Shown here: positions 49,861 through 58,508 of the stretch, piece by piece
Numbering within the stretch: the stretch's first letter is position 1
How the letters are laid out: each line of letters starts with the position of its first letter
DNA from: Pseudovirgaria hyperparasitica
Lineage: Eukaryota
Direction: 5' to 3' (one strand)
Length of the DNA: 64,000 nt
Assembly: GCA_010093815.1 (NCBI GenBank)
Contig: ML996571.1
Notes under the pieces: model-generated
The model's input: only the letters and a program-made list of their open reading frames with translations
Databases searched by the model: none
What the model was told of the DNA's origin: nothing
Made by a program: the position numbers and the translations under genes

Positions 49861-51480
49861 ATGTCTTATACAAGATCCCCCAGTCCCTTGTCTGATGGTG
49901 TTGCGGAGCATGCGGGTGTGGACTTGACTACTGATGGGAGTGGCTCGTGTCAAGATGCGGATGAGATGGCTACTCTTGTGGATTTCTCACATCGAGGCAC
50001 GGATGAGATGGCTACGCTTGCGAGTTTATCGCGTCAAGACACGGAAGATTCGGCTACTGATGGGAGTAACTCGTGTCAAGATACGGATGAGATGGCTACT
50101 CTTGCGAGTTTATCGCTTCAGGACACGCAAGAAATGACTACTACTCCCGCCCCCTCGCACCAAGACACGGCAAAAGAGCTTCAAAGCGTGATATCCAACG
50201 CAGAGCTCGACACTTCCACCAAAAACCACATGAATCATCTCGTCCAAACCATGCAGACTCAGCACCAAACCATCTGCCCAGCATGCCTCGAGCCAGACAC
50301 TCACTCAACAGCCAGCAGCTCCGACCCGGAGTCGACTTCCCGAAAACGCAAGCACAGTCAAACCACCCCCTCTACCCCCGAGTCTGGCACCACCACCACC
50401 ACAAGACCCAAGAAAAAAAGCAGAAAACATCCTCAAAATACAGTATTCAGTACCGCTTATGTTGGCAGGTTCAGACGCTGTAATAATGACGACTGGTTCT
50501 CCCGATTCGCCGTCGGCAACCCGGAGCCCGTTCATCTTCCTGCGTATGGTGCCGCAATATCCAAGCGAGCAGGCAATACCCACCAGGGAGAGTATCTCGA
50601 TGATCTGGCTGAGCAACACGCCGAAGCGGGCATGCATGGCCAGCCACGCCCGCTCACGATCTTTGGCTCTACACTTGCTCCGAAGCCGTCCTTGCCCAAA
50701 CACAAACATCCAGAAGACGTCGCAGCAATGGTAAACTATCTGACCAATCCCGACCCACACCTCATCTCCAAAACCCCCACCGAAGAGGCCATCCACTCCT
50801 GGTCCACCATGCCAACAGACTACCCCAAAATCATGGTCCGTCTCTGGGACCACAACTCCAAGGCCCACATCGAGGACGGCAAGCAAGGCTTCCTCTCCCA
50901 GTGCGGCGGCGTGCCCCTCGACACCCCCTCCCTCCGCACCTACTTCCTCCAGTCCCACGTCGACTTCCGCAGCCGCGCCGCTACCCCCTTCATCTCCGTC
51001 ACCTCCGACCCCTCCAACGCCGCAAACTTCCACGTCCGCCGCCTCAAAGCCCGCCAGGAGAAGCGCAGCCGTGTCCCGGTCGTTCGTTTCACGCTCATGA
51101 ACTGGGCCGCCCGCGTGGCGGAGGGCATGCCTACTCTGCACATGGGCCGCGAGCTCAGGCACTACAACGTCTACAACCCCTATGCGTACTCTGCCTGCAG
51201 CGACGCGATTGAGAAGTTTGAGTGGCTTGCGCTGTGGTGTGTTCCGCCGTCGCAGATCGTGGGGACGTGGTTTGTGGGGGATATGGAGGATTGGATGGCG
51301 AGGCGTGATGAGGGTATGAGTGGCTCGATGAGGCCGGACGCGAGATGGCTTTGGAGCTTTCATTTTGATGCTTGGTGGAAGCTGGTTGCTCTGCCGGCTT
51401 ACGAGGCGCATGAGCGGACGAGGCTGGGTGGTGGTGTCCCTGAGCATATTGAGAATTGCGGCTGCTGCGGCCATTCTTGA
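49861..51480 (+). CDS. Uncharacterised protein with repeat/basic N-terminus and C-terminal cholera-toxin-type ADP-ribosyltransferase-like domain
   Basis: 539-aa ORF with IMVRLWD (R327), LQSHVD (H366), PFISVTSDP (S379) and FEWLALWCVPPSQIVGTW (E454). From memory it resembles fungal DUF7587-type proteins. The CDS is likely; the function is inferred. Confidence 0.72.
   Translation: MSYTRSPSPLSDGVAEHAGVDLTTDGSGSCQDADEMATLVDFSHRGTDEMATLASLSRQDTEDSATDGSNSCQDTDEMATLASLSLQDTQEMTTTPAPSHQDTAKELQSVISNAELDTSTKNHMNHLVQTMQTQHQTICPACLEPDTHSTASSSDPESTSRKRKHSQTTPSTPESGTTTTTRPKKKSRKHPQNTVFSTAYVGRFRRCNNDDWFSRFAVGNPEPVHLPAYGAAISKRAGNTHQGEYLDDLAEQHAEAGMHGQPRPLTIFGSTLAPKPSLPKHKHPEDVAAMVNYLTNPDPHLISKTPTEEAIHSWSTMPTDYPKIMVRLWDHNSKAHIEDGKQGFLSQCGGVPLDTPSLRTYFLQSHVDFRSRAATPFISVTSDPSNAANFHVRRLKARQEKRSRVPVVRFTLMNWAARVAEGMPTLHMGRELRHYNVYNPYAYSACSDAIEKFEWLALWCVPPSQIVGTWFVGDMEDWMARRDEGMSGSMRPDARWLWSFHFDAWWKLVALPAYEAHERTRLGGGVPEHIENCGCCGHS
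49930..50170 (+). repeat. Coding 42-bp (14-aa) tandem repeat, ~5-6 units with a 126-bp higher-order period
   Basis: QDADEMATLVDFSH / RGTDEMATLASLSR / QDTEDSATDGSNSC / QDTDEMATLASLSL / QDTQEMTTTPAPSH; 49930-49978 is nearly identical to 50056-50104. Confidence 0.85.
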
Positions 51481-52310
51481 GGATCACATTCGGAGGGGCC
51501 GCTCGTCCTTGCAGGACTCCTTGTGCAGCATTTTGTCGAGGTTCGTTTGATCTTCACTTTTTCTCTTTCCAGTCCTGCTCATCACTCTTTTCCGCAATCC
51601 TTCACCGTTTCGTCAATTCCATTTTTCCCCTTTGCTTGGGTAGGTCGATTTCATTGGCGCGTTGCGTCTTCCTTGTAAAGTTTCGATCTGCTTTCTCGAG
51701 TCTACTATGTCGGTAGTAGCCATTTCCTTATATTTCTGGGTCTATTTAAAGTCGATTAGCACAGTTTGTCTCGGCGTACATTAGCCTTTAGATCAAACTT
51801 TTTCAAATCTACTTAGGGGTTAGTAGAGCATCTCGTCATATTTCTGGGTCTGTTGAAGGTTGGTTCTTACATGCGTATCAGTATCCGCTATCATTCAGAT
51901 CAGCATACAAGAGCAATAATAGCGTCGAACGTTGGGGTTAAGGACTGCATTCTTAATTGTGCACATGATCTGGCACTAGTACCCCGACCTACCTTGATAG
52001 CAGCTTGAATGGGTATCACAGACGCCCTAGCACGAAGATAGATCTAGACAATTCTACCAATCTTCTCCACGTCCTCCCGATGTGTATCCTGCCATGTCAA
52101 TGCATGACAACCCCATACCCCTCCACGTGACCAGCCAGCTCCTGCACACCCCACCTCCTGACCAAAATAAAACCCCACAAACTCTCCTCATCAAATCCAC
52201 ACACACGTACATACATACATCTCCAGCCTTCCATCTCCCACCCACCTCAATCCCCACGTCCCACACCACCACCACCCCAACAAAACAAACAAATCACCAA
52301 ACAAACAAAA

Positions 52311-52762
52311 ATGCCCCACCCGCAAAAATACCGCCTCTTCTTCCACACGCCCCCCGCCGCCCTCGAAGCCTGCAAAGCAGCCATCTTCAACGCCGGCGCG
52401 GGCCGCTACCCGGGCGGCAAATACACAGAGTGCGCCTGGGCCGTGCTCGGCCAGGCCCAGTTCCGCCCCGGTCAGGCTGCGAAGCCGCATCTGGGCGTGG
52501 CTGGACAGCTGGAGCGGACGGAGGAGGTGAGGGTTGAGGTTGTGTGTTTTGGCGAGGAGGTTGTGAGGGAGGCGGTTGGGGCTTTGAGGAGGTGAGTTTG
52601 AGGGTTTTTTGGGGTTTGGGGGGTTGTTTGGGGGGAGGGGGAGGGGAGGGAGGGGGTGGTTGTGGTGATGATGATGATGATGATGATGCTAATCTATGGG
52701 TTTGTAGGGCGCATCCGTATGAGGAGCCGTCGTATGGGGTGTATGCGTTGGCGGATTTTTGA
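52311..52762 (+). CDS. Small YqfO / NIF3-insert-like (PII-fold) protein, 2 exons
   Basis: KAAIFNAGAGRY...YTECAW...GQAQFRPG.AKPHLG..GQLE..EEVRVE, intron 52592-52707, then AHPYEEPSY. Confidence 0.88.
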
Positions 52763-53427
52763 TACTGGGTGGTGGGTTTTGGGGATGTTGGGGGGTTTTT
52801 GTTTGTATGATGGGTGTGTACTTACAGAGGGATCCGTGGGACCGGGAGAAGTAATGGATGGACCCTCGTGCATCTGAGATTGCTATTGCTACCGAGTTAT
52901 CAAGTGACGTCGAGAGTTGCGTGTAGAGGTACTACTCATCTCGTGCCATCCTAATCATCCATCGATGGCTATTTCAGTGTGATTTCTAGCACGTCTCGTA
53001 TGCGGAGATACTACTCTCCTTTTATAGAGAATCTATCGAGTCTTGTTCGCTGGGTATATGTCTATCTAGGGTATATCTTATGAATCGTATGCTACACTCT
53101 GTATATGGGATTATGTGTTATTTTACAATCAGTAGTACCGTTCTGTTATTAGATCTGATTGATTTGCTTCCACCTCAAGACTTATCAAGTCAAGTCATGT
53201 CTAGATACTCATAGGGTGAGAGAAGGTTGAGAGAAGGTGTTCAGAGTAGAGGAGGCCGTGCTCAGAGTTACGCCCACAGTACGTGCTATGCCACATCTAG
53301 AAGGTGGGGTTTGGGCGTAAACACTCTCATGCATCAGAGTTTGTTACCGAATCATTGTAACATACACTGTCACTTGTGGGGCTGCTAGCCATCCTCGTGC
53401 ATCCCGATATCCATCCATACAAGAGCC

Positions 53428-55314
53428 ATGGCGGCGTCCCAAAGGGCCTACCAATACGGTAGCATGCCCTCTCACACTTCGTTCCGAACTCTAGAACTCT
53501 TGCCTGGACGCCGAGACGATCATATCTCGTGTGTGCTGCATCATGTAGACTGGTCACACCCACCAGAATATGAAGCGTTATCCTATGCTTGGGGAGATGC
53601 AAAGGATGTAGAGTGGATTACATGCCAAGATAGAGAGTTAAAGGTGACTCGAAGCCTCTATAACGCACTCAGACATCTTCGCCTCCAAGATAAGTCTAGG
53701 ATGCTGTGGGCAGATGCCATCTGGTAAGATGGGCTCAAGTAGTTCTATCGCGACCGTCGTCGACTTGTTCGGCCCTCTGCTAGTCAGACTGTCTCTCATT
53801 GTCTGACACCTCTTAGTATCAACCAGTCCGACGTTCCTGAACGCAGCAGTCAGGTCACGCAAATGCTGAGGATATACCAGACTGCAAAAACAGTCATCGT
53901 TTGGCTCGGGCCAGACTCAGAGAAAGGGCAGGCCAAGCAAGCCGTGAATGCCATCAGGACCATATCGGATTTCATCTGCCAAAGGGTCGGTATCCCCGTC
54001 TCCGACCTGAGCTCAATCAGCGATGTCTACCAAGAAGTCATCTTCAAGAATAAAAAGTCGCTTCCACTACCGAATGACTGCGATTTTGTCACCGGCAGCA
54101 TGTGGCAAAGCCTCGTATGGTTCTACTCCCATCTTTACTTCACACGCGTGTGGGCCATTCAAGAGGTAAATGCCACGACAGAACGTGTGGTCCATTGTGG
54201 GCACGAAACCGTCGAGTGGGATCGTGTGGCACTGGTAGCTGGTTATATAATCATGGAAACCGCTTCGTCAAAGAGCCTCGGTTTCTCCACGGCAAAGTGC
54301 TGGTTCGCAGCCATCATGACAACGGAGCGTATACGACAGCCCAAAAACTGGCTGTTCATGCTGTATTTGACGTCCAATTTCAACAGCACGGACCCGAGAG
54401 ACCAGATATACGGGCTACGTGGGCTGATGAGGCTCTCGGGCGGAGACGCCCCTGAAGGGCTGTTGCATCCCGACTACGCAAAGTCAGATACAGAAGTCTA
54501 TCGCGACTCTGTTGAAGCCGGATTGGTCCATTTCCAGAACACGGATGTGCTGCTGTACCGCAAAGGAGACGAAAGCCCGTCTTGGATTCCCCGCTGGGAC
54601 CGGCCCATGCTGTTTCGCAACCCCTTCCGATTTGGAAAAGCGCTTCCATGGAGACCTGCTGGTCTTACAAAACCCGTCTGGACTATTGACAAGGAAGCAA
54701 ACTTGCTTTCCCTGTCGGGCTATACCATTGATTGTATTAAAGATACTGTACCGTATAGAGAAAGTATCTTCGGCAATGCAATGATCGAGTCGGACGAGGG
54801 GAGGGAAGAACTAGGCAAACTATGGCAACAGATACTAACGACAATGGAGCGAAGTTTCCGACAAACTCCATTTGATGCTTCCATACTCACCGCCGCGGCA
54901 ACATCTTTCTCTTTTGGCCTAGATGAGAACAGCGACCCCACCAATGAACGTCTATTACTACACAAGTTCATCGCTTACCTGAGACTGATTCTTAGCAACG
55001 AAACTCTCAACAAATACATACCGCAGAACCTAAGCGAGGAAACCGAGTACGCCAACGGCCTCCTCTTCGGCAAGCCCGTCTGGGACTTTCCATACCCGGA
55101 ATCCAGCTTCTTCCTTACCGCAACTGGAATGGCGGGATGCTGCGTCTCGACGACACAAGCTGAAGATGTCGTATTCGCCCCTTTGGGCAGTACATATCCT
55201 TTCGTGCTACGCCGTCATGGTGATTGCTATAGTCTCAGGGGCTTCGCGTTCGTGTATGGCATGATGCGGGGGGAGCGGGTAGGGCGCGAGGTCGAAAGTG
55301 TTACGATATGCTAG
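53428..55314 (+). CDS. HET-domain protein, HET-6-like architecture, 2 exons
   Basis: FRTLELLPG, YEALSYAWG, LWADAIC|INQ (intron 53724-53816), ERSSQV..MLRIY..AKTVIVWLG, YFTRVWAIQEV, TDPRDQIYGL, PSWIPRW and a C-terminal PFVLR...GFAFVYGMM.GE block. Confidence 0.93.
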
Positions 55315-56219
55315 TACGATGCTGCGACGACGCGGACGCCTCGAGGATATGAATTCGAGCTATCACATCTTTTAGAGATCTACGGAAAGGAATGGATGGG
55401 ATGGTGGCCAAGGTATGAGCATCTTAAGAGGTGAGATGATTGGACTTCCATGCATGATATACGCTTGTCCAGCCTCTAATGGTGTCGTATATGTGAAAGC
55501 GAATAGTCGAATGATTGTAGGAGTCCATGGATATGTAAGGCGATAATAATCACTGCTATTGGCGTATTTGCCATTGAGACAGTGGTGTATTTGGCATTCT
55601 GGGAAACTCTATACTGGAGAACTGAGTTATATTATACAGATGCGATCGTGGTAGCCGTATTGATAACCCCTTGAACGGACCAGTTCCAGGCTGCCAGGAA
55701 TCTCTCCGGCCTGGAAATACAGACTCCTGCCTCTTATAAGTATCTCTTCAACCACATCATAACATCTACATTATCATCTTCACGTTCATTTGTATCAGGG
55801 TATATAAACTCTCGCCACCTCGCATCAAGATCCATCTCAAGAGTTTCATACCCATCTGTCAAATGTCTGCTAATGACGGCACGGCTCAGCACATGAACTA
55901 CATGTTGTTCCCCATCTCTTACTCGTCAACAGCCTTACTTAACATCACAACACCCGTCAAGACACACGCACAATACTCCGAAATAGAATCCTAGCATACT
56001 GGGCACAAATATAAGAGCTCTACCAATGACATACAACAGCAAACCCTCTCCTCGCCCCAGCCCTCGCAGCATCCCCCGTCTATCCTCTATCCAAACGAGC
56101 GAATCTCCCCTCAAACAACCCCTTAAAAAATCAACCCCGCAAATCCAGTCCTACAAGCACATTTCATCAGGGCTGCCAACCATGACCATCCAGTCCCAAG
56201 AACGCGACGACCAACCCCA

Positions 56220-56668
56220 TCAGCCGCAGTAATCGCTCCGACCACTCCCAGCATCAACACAGTTGCCACACGGCGTGCGCCCGTTGACCCACACCAGCGT
56301 CTCGCCCTGGCCCGCACACTTGAACAGGCTCTGTCCGATCTGCGCCGTGCTGGGATACTGCCCGTTGTTCCACGCGTCGGCGAGGACTTTGCCTTGGATT
56401 TCGGTGTCGGTTCATCCTGGGTTGTGGGGTGTTAGTCTGGGGCTCTCGATATGGATTGTCGGGCTGGATGTGAGGATGTGCTCATCGTCTGATAGGGGGT
56501 TTCTGGGGGATGTGGGAGATGGGTAGATGGATGCGCTGGATGTTGTGACGTACCGCGGCCCTTGAACGTGTGTCCGCAGTAGAAGAGGAAGGTCTTGCAG
56601 TCGCCCGCTGCGGCCGTGATGGCGAGCTGGGAGACGGCGAGGCCGATGAGGGTGGAGGTGGCGAGCAT
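56220..56668 (-). pseudogene. Small secreted Cys-rich protein gene with in-frame premature TGA
   Basis: Exon 1 MLATSTLIGLAVSQLAITAAAGDCKTFLFYCGHTFKGR; intron 56553-56417 (GTACGT...CTAAC...CAG); exon 2 G-stop-TDTEIQGKVLADAWNNGQYPSTAQIGQSLFKCAGQGETLVWVNGRTPCGNCVDAGSGRSDYCG-stop. Confidence 0.75.
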
Positions 56669-56959
56669 TGTGGTTTTTGTTGAGTTTGGTTTTTGGTGGT
56701 CTTTGTAGAAGGAAGGTGGAAAGTAGGGTTGGAGATCTGCTTTGTGCTTTGTGCTTGCTTGCTTGCTTGCTTGCTTGATGATCGCCAATCGACCAACCTC
56801 CTGGACTCTTTATATGTTTTCTAATCTATTCACCGATGCCGCCTTGATGCTCTGAGCATATTGTTTTCCTCGCCGTTGAGCTTCAGCTCGGTCATACTCA
56901 TGGACCAGTGCTCGCCGGAGTCATCTGGGAATCATGCGTTCTGACTGAATTGTCAGGCC

Positions 56960-57042
<83 letters not shown>
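56960..57042. repeat. (ATG)n microsatellite, ~27 units
   Basis: Read directly from the sequence. Confidence 0.97.
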
Positions 57043-57403
57043 ACTCGCACGTTGACTTGTCTGCTTGGTGTAGTGGCATCGAGTGGTATAACAGTTGCGA
57101 TCGCAATATCCGGATCCGGAAGCTCAGCTGAAGTGCTTTTCTGGTCGTTGCTTATGAGCTGAGCCTGTGCGACTTTTGTAGTCTTCGCAACACAATGGGT
57201 GTGGCGTCACGTAACGTTACGCCATGTTTGGAGAGAGGCGAGGAAGCAAACAGTTGCTCTCAAGCTATCAGATGCTTCATATATATCGCGTCTAGATGCC
57301 TAGCACAACTACCACCCAATAAACCCAACCTCAGGAAATCAACAAACACACTTCTCGCCCCTCCATACCCCCCCTTCCCTTTGACAAAAAAAAACCCCAA
57401 AAA

Positions 57404-57658
57404 TCAAACAGAATCCACCAAAAACCCCCCACTCCCCAGATTCTCCACCATGGCCTGCACCTGCACCGTGCCCTCCACTCCCACGTCATTCACCACCCGC
57501 ACATCCCAGTGGAAGTCATTGCCGTTCATCCTTTTTAGTTCTTGTAGGAAGAGCGCCAGCACTACGACGAGCGCGACGAGTGCGCCTGTTGCGATGGCTT
57601 GGACGAGGAAGGTGAGGAGGGCGAGGGTGCGGGGGGGTTCGTGGTGGGGTTTGGACAT
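57404..57658 (-). CDS. Small single-pass membrane hypothetical protein (84 aa)
   Basis: AAAATG start context; MSKPHHEPPRT followed by the hydrophobic LALLTFLVQAIATGALVALVVVLALFL. Same C-rich to G-rich drift as neighbouring genes; no family recognised. Confidence 0.45.
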   Translation of the reverse strand: MSKPHHEPPRTLALLTFLVQAIATGALVALVVVLALFLQELKRMNGNDFHWDVRVVNDVGVEGTVQVQAMVENLGSGGFLVDSV

Positions 57659-57707
57659 TTTTGAGGGTTTGGGTTGAGGTTTTTGGGGTTTTTGGGGGTT
57701 GGGGGTT

Positions 57708-57772
57708 GGCTGAGGGAGTTGGCTGAGGGAGTTGGCTGAGGGAGTTGGCTGAGGGAGTTGGCTGAGGGAGTT
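57708..57772. repeat. 13-bp tandem repeat (GGCTGAGGGAGTT) x5
   Basis: Five perfect units read directly. Confidence 0.95.
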
Positions 57773-58508
57773 GGGGTTTGGTCGAGGGAGGGTTTGTTCA
57801 GGTTTCTTTCTGGAGAGGCGTGGTTGTTGTCGGGGGTAAGTTAGGTACTGCATGAATAGTCTATCAGTCTTGTCCATCCATCCACACATACACACAACTC
57901 CCTCACATATCCACTTACCACCGTACACACACACACAGACAGACAGACAGACAGAAAATCGCCAAATTCTCCTCTAAACACTCAGAATATAACAACAAAA
58001 AAACCCTACAAAAGCATCCTCAGAAATGGAAAGAAAGCAGGCGTCCTCGTACATCCCATATAACCCCATCCACCGACCCCAGGTCCCCACCCCTTGTCAC
58101 CGCCAAGCCCGTGTTCTAATCAAACGACCTCGTATTCGTGCAGCAGTGGGCAGCTGTGCTGGTCCAATACACATGCGCGCACACGCGCACACGCGCACGT
58201 CGTGTATGAGGCTGAAAGGTGGCTTGGGGGAATAAGCATGGATGGGATTCCTTGGTGCAGCGAGCGCTGTTTGATAACTTGGAATGGTAAGTTTCTGGGG
58301 GGGACGCCCTCGTGTTTCACATGCATGGGTGGATGCGTGGATGCATGCAGCGTTTTCAGCTGGTCTAGACCCCTCGTACGATGCAGACCCTGGAAATATG
58401 AGGATTGGATGCTGCTTCAAGACTGAACACCCCTTCATTACATATCATGATTTACATAACGTCATCAAATAAGTTCGTCCCCCAGCGATAATTATGCCAG
58501 CGCCAATC

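Noticed and set aside
50305..51474. 389-aa minus-strand ORF as an antisense antitoxin of the ART-like gene
   Set aside because: It mirrors the sense frame of a GC3-rich gene, and its V/G/A-rich composition is typical of shadow ORFs; stranded RNA-seq would be needed to revive it.
56412..56414. Premature TGA read as selenocysteine
   Set aside because: Ascomycetes are not known to have Sec machinery, the position is not a Cys site, and no SECIS element was recognised.
56908..57162. Poly-Asp and poly-His ORFs
   Set aside because: Products of the (ATG)n microsatellite, with no coding support in the flanks.
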